A stretch of DNA of 64,000 bases from an uncultured Planctomycetia bacterium (GCA_964409365.1 CAYPCX010000003.1:84577-148576), one strand, 5' to 3'; shown: positions 18,645-28,622, counted from the first letter of the stretch. The notes: generated by a model from the letters alone, not told the origin. Translations and numbers: made by a program.

Positions 18645-19043
18645 ATGAAGAAGATCGTGAGCGTGGTTCTGACGGTTCTCTTTATCACCGGCTTGAGCCT
18701 GCTTTCCGCGCAAGGGGCGCAGGAAGACTTCCAGACCCAGCTGGACAAACTGAACCAGCAGATGAAGGACGCGAGGGACAGCTACAAACAGCAGCAGAAA
18801 GATGTCGACCAGGCGACACTGAAGCAGATGAAAGCGCTCGACCCGAAAGACAAGGACGGCCGCAAAGCTCTCCTGGACCAGAAAAGAGCCGAAAAGAAAA
18901 AGATCGAGGAAGCTTACCAGGAAGAACAGAAATCGATACGGGAACAGGTAAAACAGCTGAAAGCGGCCAACAAGGGTGTCGTAAAAACCAAAGAAGGGGA
19001 CAAACCCGCAACGCCGGCGAAGAAAAAGGCCTGGACGCAATAA
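18645..19043 (+). CDS. Secreted charged coiled-coil protein
   Basis: Signal peptide, K/Q/E-rich helical mature region, G-rich SD. Confidence 0.72.
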   Translation: MKKIVSVVLTVLFITGLSLLSAQGAQEDFQTQLDKLNQQMKDARDSYKQQQKDVDQATLKQMKALDPKDKDGRKALLDQKRAEKKKIEEAYQEEQKSIREQVKQLKAANKGVVKTKEGDKPATPAKKKAWTQ

Positions 19044-19220
19044 ATAAGCGTCAAACGCTTGATCGCCCGGACCGGGCACGTCCCACGGCGGAGCGGGGCC
19101 CGGTCCCGGCGTCCTATCTTATTGCTGCGCAACAAGTTATACTCCCCGTTTTTTTAATAATTGCGCAATGTCGTATTTACGTTTATAATATGTGTCCGAC
19201 TTGTTTTTAAAAATAATATC

Positions 19221-20303
19221 ATGAAGAAAAAACTGAAACCTTTGATCATAGGAGACCTGGTGGTACCCGTACCCATAATCCAGGGGGGCATGGGTGTCAG
19301 GGTGTCCACATCGGCCCTGGCCAGCGCGGTAGCCAACTGCGGGGCCGCGGGCACGATAGCGAGCGTCGGCCTTCCTCCCGACACTGCGGAGAACAGGGCG
19401 GATGTCCCGAAATCCTGCAGGGAGCACCTCCAGATCGAGATCCGGAAAGCCCGTGAGCTCTCCGACGGCGTCATCGGCGTGAACATAATGGTCGCGCTGA
19501 GCAACTATGAGGACATCGTCCGGACGACCGTCAAAGAGGGCGCCGATTTTATAATCTCCGGGGCGGGACTTCCCCTGAGACTGCCCGAATACACGGAAGG
19601 ATCGACCATAAAACTCATACCTCTCATCTCGTCGGCCAGAGCCGCGGAGATAATATTCAAAACATGGACGAGGCGCTATGACCGACTGCCTGACGCCCTT
19701 GTCGTCGAAGGCCCGTTATCCGGCGGGCATATCGCGGCGCATTCCGTAGAGGACCTTAAAGCCGGCAGGCTGACCGATCTTGAGACCACGCTGAAAGAAG
19801 TGTTCGAGGTCGTCGACAAGTACGCGAAGCCGGCGGGAGCGGATATACCCGTTATAGCGGCAGGAGGCATATTCGACGGAAAGGACGTCGCCAGATTCCT
19901 GAAACTCGGCGCGAAAGGCGTGCAGATAGGTTCCAGGTTCGTGGCCACGCACGAATGTTCGGCCGCCAAGGAGTTCAAACAGCTGTACCTGGACTCCGAC
20001 GAGAAAGACCTCCTTTATATACAAAGCCCGGTCGGCATGCCGGCAAAAGTGATCAGGACAAAATTCATAGAAGAGATGCTTGCCGGCGGAAGACGGCCTA
20101 TCAGCTGCAATTACATATGCCTGCGGACCTGTGACCCCAACGCCGTTCCCTATTGCATAGCCAAAGCCCTTATAGACGCGGTGGAAGGCGATATTGATAA
20201 CGCGGTCGTATTCGCGAGCTCTTACATCGGCCGGATCGACAAGATCGTATCCGTGAAAGAGATGATCGACGAGATAACCCGCGAAGCGGCCGAACACCTT
20301 TAA
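19221..20303 (+). CDS. Nitronate monooxygenase / FabK-FabX-like FMN oxidoreductase
   Basis: PIIQGGMGV, SGAGLP, EGPLSGGH, IAAGGIFDG, C-terminal CNYICLRTC..YC cluster motif. Confidence 0.88.
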   Translation: MKKKLKPLIIGDLVVPVPIIQGGMGVRVSTSALASAVANCGAAGTIASVGLPPDTAENRADVPKSCREHLQIEIRKARELSDGVIGVNIMVALSNYEDIVRTTVKEGADFIISGAGLPLRLPEYTEGSTIKLIPLISSARAAEIIFKTWTRRYDRLPDALVVEGPLSGGHIAAHSVEDLKAGRLTDLETTLKEVFEVVDKYAKPAGADIPVIAAGGIFDGKDVARFLKLGAKGVQIGSRFVATHECSAAKEFKQLYLDSDEKDLLYIQSPVGMPAKVIRTKFIEEMLAGGRRPISCNYICLRTCDPNAVPYCIAKALIDAVEGDIDNAVVFASSYIGRIDKIVSVKEMIDEITREAAEHL

Positions 20304-20329
20304 TTCTTTCAATACGGAAGGAGCGTGCA

Positions 20330-21295
20330 ATGAACATCACAGAGATCAAACCCGAAGAACTTAATCCCCAGCAGTTTATCGACGAACAGATAGATGAACT
20401 TTCGTCCACCGTAGGCGACGGCCTGGCCATAAACGCCCTCTCGGGCGGGGTGGATTCATCGGTGGTCACCATGCTCGGGCACAAGGCCCTCGGCAATAAG
20501 CTAAAAACGTATTTCATCGACAGCGGCCTCATGAGGCAGGACGAACCCCGGCAGGTCCGGAGCTGGTTCGCCGAACTGGACGTCCCTGTAGAAATAATAG
20601 ACGCGAAAGACGATTTCTTCGGCGCCCTGAAGGGCCTGACCGACCCCGAGGAGAAAAGGGAAGCCATCACACAGACCTTTTACAAGAAGGTGTTCGGCAA
20701 ACTGGTCCGGGAAAGCGGCGCGAAATACCTGCTCCAGGGCACGAACTACACCGACGTGGAAGAGACCGTGGCCGGCATAAAGCGGCAGCACAACATACTC
20801 GAACAGCTCGGCATAGACACCCGGAAAGCGTTCGGTTACCATGTCCTCGAACCGGTCCTCCGGCTGAGAAAGACCGGCATCCGGCGCCTCGGCGAAGCGC
20901 TCGGCCTCCAGAAAGAAATTTACACCAGGCCTCCGTTCCCGGGGCCGGCCCTATCGGCACGCGTGATCGGCGAGGTCACCCGCCAGAGGGTAGAGACAGT
21001 GAGGCAGGCAACGGTCATCGTGGAAAAAGAACTGGCGCCGATAGGCGCGTTCCAGTACTTCGCCATACTTCACCGGGACCGCGTGACCGGCATGAGGGAA
21101 GGCAAAAGGGACTACGGGTTGCAGATAGAGGTCCGCTGCTGGGATTCCAAGGACGCCATAACCGCTGCCCCGACGAACGTGCCGTTCCAGACGCTCCGGA
21201 AGATCGCGGACGAAATAACCCGCAACGTGCCCGGCGTGGTCAGCGTGACCTATAATATCGCCACCAAGCCGCCGTCAACCATAGAGGTCGTCTAA
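20330..21295 (+). CDS. guaA: GMP synthase ATP-pyrophosphatase (B) subunit, no fused glutaminase domain
   Basis: ALSGGVDSSV PP-loop, TDPEEKR, LLQGT, PFPGPAL, KPPSTIE. Confidence 0.85.
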   Translation: MNITEIKPEELNPQQFIDEQIDELSSTVGDGLAINALSGGVDSSVVTMLGHKALGNKLKTYFIDSGLMRQDEPRQVRSWFAELDVPVEIIDAKDDFFGALKGLTDPEEKREAITQTFYKKVFGKLVRESGAKYLLQGTNYTDVEETVAGIKRQHNILEQLGIDTRKAFGYHVLEPVLRLRKTGIRRLGEALGLQKEIYTRPPFPGPALSARVIGEVTRQRVETVRQATVIVEKELAPIGAFQYFAILHRDRVTGMREGKRDYGLQIEVRCWDSKDAITAAPTNVPFQTLRKIADEITRNVPGVVSVTYNIATKPPSTIEVV

Positions 21296-21320
21296 AGGCG
21301 AGACGTTCATAACAAACGTC

Positions 21321-22223
21321 ATGTATAAGAAAATATCCCCGAAAAACTTAACACTGTTCGCGATCGGGATCATTTTCATATCCGCAGGCACGGCTCTGGT
21401 CGTTTTCCTTTCTTACAGACACGGGGCCGGATCGGCCGTCGAACCGGCGCGGCGCGAACTGAAAGAACCGCTCCCGGCTGAAAGCCAAAATACCAAAAAA
21501 GAGGAAACACAGGCTAAAGGACCCGCCCTGACAGCGCACCCCGAAAAGGTCTTCATCGTACTGAACAACGGTGGCGAACTAAGGGGCGTCATAGAGCGCC
21601 AGACAGGGGAAAGCATAGCCTTGAATATCGGAGGAGGCACCGTTCTTCTGAACAAGAGCGACGTGAAAAGCCTTACCCCGCTCCCGGCGGATGAAACGGG
21701 CACCATCGTGTCGAACTCCTCGATCAGCGAGGAAGAGAGAAAAAAACAGCTGGATGAAATAAACGAACGGGACCGGATATACGCGGAGTGGAAAGAAAGC
21801 GTCGCCGAGTACGATCGCACTCAGAAAGAATACCGTGTGCCGTTCCGCGACAGGTCACGGATCATCGTCGACGTCATGCTGGACGATAAGGTGAAGACCA
21901 GGATGATAGTGGACACGGGCGCGCCCCTGGTATACATCCCCAGAAAAATAGCCATATTATTGCCGGATATAAACAGCAGGATAGGAAAACTCGAGCATAA
22001 GTTCATGTGGCCCGACGGGACCGTCTCGGAAGGGAACAGGGTGATCCTGAGGTCCGTCAAAATAGGGCCCGACATAGAAGCGAGGAACGTCGAAGCCATC
22101 GTCTATGACATAAAGAACCTCGACCACAAACACGCGGCCGGCCTTTTGGGCATGTCCTTCCTGGGCCAGTTCAATCTTACCGTGGACGCCCAGGAAAAAG
22201 AACTGGTGTTCCGGGAAAAATAG
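21321..22223 (+). CDS. Membrane-anchored retropepsin-like (clan AA) aspartic protease
   Basis: MIVDTGA catalytic motif, GLLGMSFL, N-terminal TM. Confidence 0.85.
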   Translation: MYKKISPKNLTLFAIGIIFISAGTALVVFLSYRHGAGSAVEPARRELKEPLPAESQNTKKEETQAKGPALTAHPEKVFIVLNNGGELRGVIERQTGESIALNIGGGTVLLNKSDVKSLTPLPADETGTIVSNSSISEEERKKQLDEINERDRIYAEWKESVAEYDRTQKEYRVPFRDRSRIIVDVMLDDKVKTRMIVDTGAPLVYIPRKIAILLPDINSRIGKLEHKFMWPDGTVSEGNRVILRSVKIGPDIEARNVEAIVYDIKNLDHKHAAGLLGMSFLGQFNLTVDAQEKELVFREK

Positions 22224-22224
22224 C

Positions 22225-23097
22225 ATGCGCGGAGTGACCTACAAAGTGGATCTTTGCCCCGGGGACGACGACCCGGGAAAAGCCGAGATCCTGCGGACCG
22301 TTCTCCTGGGCGCCGGGGTCCCGCCCGAAAGAACAGCCGAACTTTACCGCGACGGAAGGGTCCATCTCTCGTTCTACACGAAAAAGCGTACCAGAGCCCG
22401 GTCCCTGGCATCAAAGCTCAGAAGGTCCGGACTGAAGGGGATAACGGTAAAAGGCGCCTCCCTCAAAGATTCGGACTGGAAAACAAAATGGAAAAAGACC
22501 TACAAGCCTTTCATGCTCACCCGTAACATCCTCGTGATCCCCGCGCGATTCAAGGATACATGTAAAAAGAAAGCGAAAAAATGCGTCTCTATCGACACCG
22601 CGCTGGCCTTCGGTACGGGGCTGCATTTTACCACCAGGTCCATGGCCGAGTTCATCGAGATGGAAGAGGGCAGGTTCGATGACTTTTTCGATGCCGGCAC
22701 GGGATCGGGAATACTTTCCATCATAGCCCGGAAGAGCGGGGCCCGGCGCGTATGGGGTATAGATATCGATAAGGAAGCCGTAAAGGCCGCGAGGAAGAAC
22801 CTTAAAGAGAACAGCTGCGGGGAGGGGTCCGTCAAACAGATGGATCTCAGGAGCTTCCCCGAAGGAGATGCCTTCGACTTCGTGGCGGCCAATATCAACA
22901 CGAGGACGCTTCTTGCTAACCGGGGCAAGCTCATAGCACTTACGCGCCCCGGTAAATACCTGGCCGTATCGGGTGTAGCCGTTGAGAATTACGGGGAATT
23001 CCGCAGAAAATTCGACACAAAACGCCTCCGCTGCCTTAGGGTAAAAAAGGACAGGGAATGGACCGCGGTCCTTTACAAACGCACCTGGCGGGGTTAA
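22225..23097 (+). CDS. prmA: Ribosomal protein L11 methyltransferase
   Basis: DWKTKWKK, AFGTGLHFTT, DAGTGSGILS, ANI motif. Confidence 0.85.
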   Translation: MRGVTYKVDLCPGDDDPGKAEILRTVLLGAGVPPERTAELYRDGRVHLSFYTKKRTRARSLASKLRRSGLKGITVKGASLKDSDWKTKWKKTYKPFMLTRNILVIPARFKDTCKKKAKKCVSIDTALAFGTGLHFTTRSMAEFIEMEEGRFDDFFDAGTGSGILSIIARKSGARRVWGIDIDKEAVKAARKNLKENSCGEGSVKQMDLRSFPEGDAFDFVAANINTRTLLANRGKLIALTRPGKYLAVSGVAVENYGEFRRKFDTKRLRCLRVKKDREWTAVLYKRTWRG

Positions 23098-23110
23098 AAT
23101 ATCGGATACC

Positions 23111-24868
23111 ATGCAGAAAAGCGTAGTTACGAATAAGTATTCACTGGTCGACAGCCTGCCTGTATTCTCGGACCTGTCCCTTTTCCAAAAGATACTGGTG
23201 GCTTCAAGCTGCCACGTCGTTGAGTTCGAAAAAGGCGAGCACGTTTACGAAGAAGGCGACGCTCCCGACCATTTTTTCTGCGTGGTAAGCGGTAGGGTCG
23301 AGATATACCATCCCGCCGGCAAGACACGGACCGGCAGGAAGTTCATGCTCGAAGTTATCCGAAAAGGCGATTATTTCGGCCTGATATCCTCGCTGACGGG
23401 TAAACCCCATACCGTAAGCGCCCGGGCGCTCAACGATTCCGTGGTGCTCAGGATAAACAACAGGAATTTCAGCCGCATACTGAACAAGATTCCGGCCCTT
23501 GCGATAAAACTGAGCCGTTCCCTTTCCAGGAGGCTGGGCCGGAAACCTTTCAAGGAAATATTCGAAAGCCGGATAATCTCCGTTTATGGCATGACCGCCC
23601 CAGAAGACGCCGCCTTTTACGCCCGGAGCCTGGCGGAAAGCGTTAAAAAGGAATCCGGTAAAAAAGCGCTGGTCATACGGTCGACCTCGTTCTCAAAAGA
23701 AAAAGAGGTCTCTTCCAGGTTAAGCGCCCTTACGGGTGACCACCACTATATAATAGCGGATATATTCCCCGGCGACAGGAAAATAGACCTGGAGATCATC
23801 AGGCAATCCGACGCCTGCCATATCCTTAGCGCTTCCGATAAGGCCTCGCTCACGAGGACCGCGTCCTTTGTCAAACAGGCGGAAAAGCTCTTTGTAAAAC
23901 ATTCCGATCAAGCTGCCCTGGTCATATTGAAAGAGGACCGTCATTATCCGGACCTCTCTTATGAGGAAAAGGTCAAAGCGCTCTCAAAAGAAGTGTTCGC
24001 CACGCTTCCCGGACGCGGAGCAGTGTACAAAAAAGCGGTGCGCCGTATAGCCAGGGAGGTTTCCGGGGTGCGGGTGGGGCTTGCCCTGGGCGCGGGCGGC
24101 GCTATGGGCCTCGCCCACATCGGCGTCCTCAAGGTGCTGGAAAAAGAAAAAGTGCCCGTCGATATCGTCGCGGGCTGCAGTATCGGGGCGTTCATAGCGG
24201 CGTTATGGGCCGCAGGTTCCTCCGCCGCGGAGATCGAAAAACTCGTGTGCGGTTTTGACACCAGGCTCAAGACCCTCTTCTTGCTCGACCCGACCCTGCC
24301 CCTGCGGGGGCTCATAAAGGGAAAAGCGGTCAGGAAGGTACTGGAAAGATATCTGGGGGACAAGACCTTCTTCGACACGACCCTGCCCCTGAAAATAGTG
24401 ACATGCGACATAAAGACCAGGGAGAAATTCGTGATAGATTCCGGAAGCCTCGTGGACGCTGTAATGGCCAGCATAGCGATACCCGGGGTCTTCGAGCCGG
24501 TGCCCTTCGGCGGCACACAGCTCGTCGACGGGGGGATCGTCGATCCTTTACCGGTAAGCGTGTTATCAAGGGCAGGCATCAAGAAGGTGGTCGCCGTGAA
24601 CACGCTGCCTTCCCCGGAAGAGATGGCCGTCACGAGCCCCAGGAGTCTTAATCTCTATAACGTGATAGTGAACAGCTTTCATGCCGCCGAATACACCATG
24701 GCCGTCAACTCATGCCAGCAGGCGGACGTATACCTGCATCCCGTACTCGGGACCGCGGACTGGCACGAGTTCCATAAGGCGCGGCTGTTCATCCGGACAG
24801 GCCGCAACGAAGCGGTACGTATGCTGCCGCAGATCAAAGACCTCGCAAGGCAGAAACCCTGCGCTTAA
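23111..24868 (+). CDS. cNMP-binding patatin-like phospholipase (NTE/RssA family)
   Basis: N-terminal cNMP domain (GDYFG), GAGGAMG, GCSIG nucleophile, DGG. Confidence 0.9.
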   Translation: MQKSVVTNKYSLVDSLPVFSDLSLFQKILVASSCHVVEFEKGEHVYEEGDAPDHFFCVVSGRVEIYHPAGKTRTGRKFMLEVIRKGDYFGLISSLTGKPHTVSARALNDSVVLRINNRNFSRILNKIPALAIKLSRSLSRRLGRKPFKEIFESRIISVYGMTAPEDAAFYARSLAESVKKESGKKALVIRSTSFSKEKEVSSRLSALTGDHHYIIADIFPGDRKIDLEIIRQSDACHILSASDKASLTRTASFVKQAEKLFVKHSDQAALVILKEDRHYPDLSYEEKVKALSKEVFATLPGRGAVYKKAVRRIAREVSGVRVGLALGAGGAMGLAHIGVLKVLEKEKVPVDIVAGCSIGAFIAALWAAGSSAAEIEKLVCGFDTRLKTLFLLDPTLPLRGLIKGKAVRKVLERYLGDKTFFDTTLPLKIVTCDIKTREKFVIDSGSLVDAVMASIAIPGVFEPVPFGGTQLVDGGIVDPLPVSVLSRAGIKKVVAVNTLPSPEEMAVTSPRSLNLYNVIVNSFHAAEYTMAVNSCQQADVYLHPVLGTADWHEFHKARLFIRTGRNEAVRMLPQIKDLARQKPCA

Positions 24869-24898
24869 CGGTGCGGGATCAACCAAAAAGGGGTACAA

Positions 24899-25525
24899 AT
24901 GAAGATAATAGCTGTCAGCGGAACCTACAGGAAGGGCAAGACCATCGACACACTGATAGATAAAGCTATCGAAGGCGTCAAACAGGTCGACCCTTCGGTG
25001 GAGGTCGAAAAGATCCAGCTCATCGATAAGGATATAAAATACTGCACCAATTGCGCCGCGTGTAAGACCGTTGACCCCGCCGAACCCATATCCAGATGCA
25101 TTATACAGGATGACATGCAAAAGATCTGCCAGAAGTTGGTCGAAGCGGACGGGTACATACTGGGAACTCCCATAAACTGCGGCACGGTGACCGCCGTCTG
25201 GAAGGCGTTCTATGAACGCGCGGCCTGGATCCTGGCGAAACCGGGCACCAAACCCGTCAAGGGATGCCCGGCCCCGCGCACCGACAAGAAAAGAGCGGCG
25301 ATGTTCATATTGAGCGCCGGGCTTGTACCGCCGATCCTGAGGTGCTTCTGTGACGACGCGACAAGGCTCCTCAAGGATCTCTGCGAATGCTGCCTCAACG
25401 CGAAGGTAACGGGGAACATGTACGCCGGCGCACTCGAAAAAAGAGGCATGTCCTATTATTTTGACCAGGCCCGCAAGGACGGCGAAAAACTCGCCCGGGC
25501 CCTGACGTCACAAAATATAGGTTGA
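24899..25525 (+). CDS. Iron-sulfur flavoprotein / NADPH-dependent FMN reductase family
   Basis: SGTYRKG, CTNCAAC...C..QDDM, GTP motif. Confidence 0.85.
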   Translation: MKIIAVSGTYRKGKTIDTLIDKAIEGVKQVDPSVEVEKIQLIDKDIKYCTNCAACKTVDPAEPISRCIIQDDMQKICQKLVEADGYILGTPINCGTVTAVWKAFYERAAWILAKPGTKPVKGCPAPRTDKKRAAMFILSAGLVPPILRCFCDDATRLLKDLCECCLNAKVTGNMYAGALEKRGMSYYFDQARKDGEKLARALTSQNIG

Positions 25526-25549
25526 CACGGACAAAAGATAGTGTATAAT
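25522..25549 (+). promoter_or_regulatory. Consensus sigma70 promoter for the csp-RRM locus
   Basis: TTGACA-N16-TATAAT. Confidence 0.75.
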
Positions 25550-25591
25550 AACCATGAACACAGTAGTAGTAAATAAAGGAGTAAAGTTTTG

Positions 25592-25629
25592 AACCACAAG
25601 GTTGAGAATGTAGCGCCTTGTGGTTTTTT
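25592..25629 (+). terminator. Terminator-like hairpin inside the csp leader
   Basis: AACCACAAGG...CCTTGTGGTT + T run, between promoter and csp start. Confidence 0.6.
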
Positions 25630-25683
25630 AATTTCTGCCGTTATTTACTATGACACAAGAGCAAGAAAGGAGGGTAGTAAGTA

Positions 25684-25884
25684 ATGGCAAAAGGAACAGT
25701 AAAATGGTTCAATAACCAGAAGGGTTATGGATTTATTACTCCTGAGTCGGGCGAAGATGTATTCGTACATCACAGCGCGATACAGAGCGAAGGCTTTAAG
25801 TCTTTGGATGAAGGCCAGGCGGTTGAATTCGATATTCAGCAGGGCCCCAAGGGCGCGCAGGCCGTCAACGTAGTAAAACTGTAA
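25684..25884 (+). CDS. cspA: Cold-shock protein
   Basis: [15 protein letters not shown] (RNP1), DVFVH (RNP2), 66 aa. Confidence 0.97.
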   Translation: MAKGTVKWFNNQKGYGFITPESGEDVFVHHSAIQSEGFKSLDEGQAVEFDIQQGPKGAQAVNVVKL

Positions 25885-25891
25885 CACAAAG

Positions 25892-25923
25892 AGCAGGGCC
25901 CGGCAGAAATGCCGGGCCCTGCT
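25892..25923. other. 14-bp GNRA-loop hairpin between csp and RRM genes
   Basis: AGCAGGGCCCGGCA-GAAA-TGCCGGGCCCTGCT. Confidence 0.65.
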
Positions 25924-25938
25924 TCAAAAGGAGCTACA

Positions 25939-26205
25939 ATGCGAGAGAAGAAGCTTTTCGTCGGAAATCTCAGCTATTCCACCGAGGAAAGTGATCTGAG
26001 AGATCTGTTCGCCCAGCATGGCAAGGTAGAGAGCGTCAACATAATTCCGAACAAAGGTTTCGGGTTTGTCGAGATGTCCAGCTCTTCCGAAGCGGAAGCC
26101 GCTAAGAACGCTTTAAACCTGACCCAGGTGGGAGGACGCAACATAAATGTCAATGAAGCCCGCCCGATGAAACCCAAACCGAGGCGTGAATTCAGGCGAT
26201 ATTAA
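25939..26205 (+). CDS. RRM RNA-binding protein
   Basis: KLFVGNL (RNP2), KGFGFVEM (RNP1), VNEARP; AAGGAG SD. Confidence 0.93.
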   Translation: MREKKLFVGNLSYSTEESDLRDLFAQHGKVESVNIIPNKGFGFVEMSSSSEAEAAKNALNLTQVGGRNINVNEARPMKPKPRREFRRY

Positions 26206-26223
26206 CAGTACGGAAAGATCGGT

Positions 26224-26257
26224 AACCCCCAGGGCTAATACCCCCGGGGGTTTTTTT
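26224..26257 (+). terminator. Intrinsic terminator
   Basis: AACCCCCAGGG...CCCCGGGGGTT + T run. Confidence 0.7.
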
Positions 26258-26293
26258 GTTTTCGTTCCCGAGTGTCGAAGATATAATTGATCA

Positions 26294-27019
26294 ATGACGA
26301 TCCCGTTCCATAGAATACCCGCAACGAACCGTTTCGCGGTTGCCATTGCCGCGATTCTTATCCCTCTCGCGCTCCTGGCCTTCGGCGTGTACGGCACTTT
26401 TTCTTTTACGTTCTCGATCCCCCTGATCTGGCAGTTCTGCTTTCTGGGAGAGGGAATAAACTCTCTCGGCCTCAAAAGGAGGTCTTTCTGGCCTTCCGCA
26501 GCAACGGGCATACTAACGGGCATCGTCCTCGCTGTTTCGGGAGGATTTATCCTGAAGGCCCTGGGAATGACGGGTTATTCCCTGGACAAGGTCCACGAAT
26601 TGAACAGTTTCCTCCGTTCCTTCGGGATAAAGATCACGTTCATGGGGGAGGCGGGATTCAAGCTTCTCTCGGCGGGGAATGAACTGAATTGGGTCCTGTT
26701 GTCCCTGATATACTGTGTGCTCCTCGTCGGGCTGGGCGAGGAGATATTCTGGAGGGGGTTCATCCAGCGGAAGATATCAAGAACTTTACCCGTGCCTGCC
26801 TCCATATGGGTAACAGCGGTCCTGTTCGCCCTGGTGCACAGCTACCTGTTCTTCATCATCCCTTTCAAAGAGGGACTTATTTTCCTGGGGCTCATAACCC
26901 TGGCCGGAGCGTTCTGGGGGTACCTGTATGAATACTTCGGCAACATCTGGGGGCCGGCCTTTTCCCACGGTATCATCGCTTTCATCGTGTGGAGATACTT
27001 CGTGTTCTCGACCGTTTAG
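26294..27019 (+). CDS. CPBP family intramembrane glutamic endopeptidase (CAAX/Abi)
   Basis: EEIFWRG, FALVH, SHG motifs; multi-TM. Confidence 0.88.
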   Translation: MTIPFHRIPATNRFAVAIAAILIPLALLAFGVYGTFSFTFSIPLIWQFCFLGEGINSLGLKRRSFWPSAATGILTGIVLAVSGGFILKALGMTGYSLDKVHELNSFLRSFGIKITFMGEAGFKLLSAGNELNWVLLSLIYCVLLVGLGEEIFWRGFIQRKISRTLPVPASIWVTAVLFALVHSYLFFIIPFKEGLIFLGLITLAGAFWGYLYEYFGNIWGPAFSHGIIAFIVWRYFVFSTV

Positions 27020-27080
27020 AACTGGAAAAGGAGAACCTTTAGGTGTAAAATTAAACAAAACGATCCAAAAAGGAGACAAC

Positions 27081-28502
27081 ATGAAAAGGGCTATCACTTT
27101 TGCACTTGCGCTGCTTTTGGCTTTCAATGCCGGTCCTGTTTCTGGACAGGGTCCGGCCCAGCGGGAACTTATCGGTGAGACCCGCGTTAAGAGGGGAAGG
27201 AACGAAGCCGGTGTAGCCCTGATACGGCTGGGCCCGGAAAAACTCGCGGCGCTGGTGAGGACCCCGTTAAGGGCAAAAGCGAAAGTACAGAAGATGGAGC
27301 TCATAAGCCCGTCGGGTAAACGATACAAGTCCTCCAACACGGACCAGGTGCCTTCCAGGCAGCTCGGGCAGTATTTTGACCAGATCTCATCTGTCGGCAG
27401 GATATTCGGTGATTTTTGTAAAAGGGTCGATTCGATCCTGACCCGCGAGGCGTGCGCGGACGGCGGTTGTCCGAGTAGCGGAGGGACAGGCGGCGGCCAA
27501 GAACCTTGCCATGAGGACAGGGTCAGTGACAGAGAGCGCGCTGAGAGATTTGCCGCGTTCACGGCCCTGATAGGCCGTGCCATGATGGACAAAGACCAGT
27601 GGTTCACGGTACTCCTTTACGACAAAATAACGATAGAGCCCGGTTCCTGGGAGATCCACCTTGTGATGGTCGATGACCGCGGTAAGCGCGTGCGTGTGAC
27701 CGGTACCCTGGAGGTTATCGGGCCGGCTGAAGGCGAGGAAATAGACCCCATGTTACTCAGATATATGACCGACTACGATAAATATTCCAGGCGTTTGCAG
27801 CAGATCGCCCCCGACAGTTACGAAGCACAGACTATAAGAAGGATCCTTCCCGGTCTTGAAGACTCAATAAGGTCAATGGGGGGGGAAGTGCCGGAAATAC
27901 CTCAACCGCCTGTGGAACCGGTTCCTGAGGTCGACATGCCGGCCGGCGGAGCACAGCCGCCCGCTGGCGGCCGGGACCTGCCATGGGCAGAATCCACCAA
28001 CCGCGCTACAGGCATCACTACGAGATCCGAAGCGAACCCTGACGGTTCGCACACCATTACAAGAACGGACAAAAACGGCAATGTGATCTCACGTGAAACA
28101 ACACCCCCGCCGCGTGCACGGGGACCTCAAGCCGGAGCTCCGCCTGGCGCCGCCCAACCCGGTGCCCAACCCGGAGCGCCCGCGGGCCAGCCCGCCGCGC
28201 CTGCCGGCCGGCAAGACCGGCCGTGGGCCGAAGGTTACGACCATCCCCGCGAGGGCGTAACTACACGGTCCGAGGGACAAGCGGACGGTTCACACTCGAT
28301 CACGCAAACTGATGACCAGACCGGCAGGGTGATCCAGCGCCGGACCACGCCCCCGGCGGGAACTGCGCCGCCGAGCGGACGCTCAAGTTACACGGACCCC
28401 GAAACCGGCGTTACGACGACCATTGACAGAACGGGGGCCGGTACACGGACCACCCAGACCGACCGAAGCGGCAGAGTAATATCGGACAAGCTTGATATTT
28501 GA
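27081..28502 (+). CDS. Secreted protein with Pro/Ala-rich linkers and three C-terminal beta-hairpin repeats
   Basis: AAGGAG SD, signal peptide, repeats GITTRSEANPDGSHTITRTD / GVTTRSEGQADGSHSITQTD / GVTTTIDRTGAGTRTTQTD. Confidence 0.75.
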   Translation: MKRAITFALALLLAFNAGPVSGQGPAQRELIGETRVKRGRNEAGVALIRLGPEKLAALVRTPLRAKAKVQKMELISPSGKRYKSSNTDQVPSRQLGQYFDQISSVGRIFGDFCKRVDSILTREACADGGCPSSGGTGGGQEPCHEDRVSDRERAERFAAFTALIGRAMMDKDQWFTVLLYDKITIEPGSWEIHLVMVDDRGKRVRVTGTLEVIGPAEGEEIDPMLLRYMTDYDKYSRRLQQIAPDSYEAQTIRRILPGLEDSIRSMGGEVPEIPQPPVEPVPEVDMPAGGAQPPAGGRDLPWAESTNRATGITTRSEANPDGSHTITRTDKNGNVISRETTPPPRARGPQAGAPPGAAQPGAQPGAPAGQPAAPAGRQDRPWAEGYDHPREGVTTRSEGQADGSHSITQTDDQTGRVIQRRTTPPAGTAPPSGRSSYTDPETGVTTTIDRTGAGTRTTQTDRSGRVISDKLDI

Positions 28503-28622
28503 TATGATCGGCCCGGAAATAGCGTTAATTTTAAAAAAGTAAGCAATTTTAACTGGTCAGTTCACGATCACAAGGTAAACTATAACAAGATATAAAATAT
28601 CCGATAGGAAAGGAGGGGAAAG

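Noticed and set aside
19062-19112. GC-rich imperfect hairpin after the coiled-coil gene as a possible ncRNA
   Set aside because: Single copy, imperfect, no U tract or recognisable riboswitch motif
21290-21295. GTCTAA as a further ECF promoter before the aspartic protease
   Set aside because: It is the last codon plus stop of guaA and has no GAAC/GAAA at the -35 position
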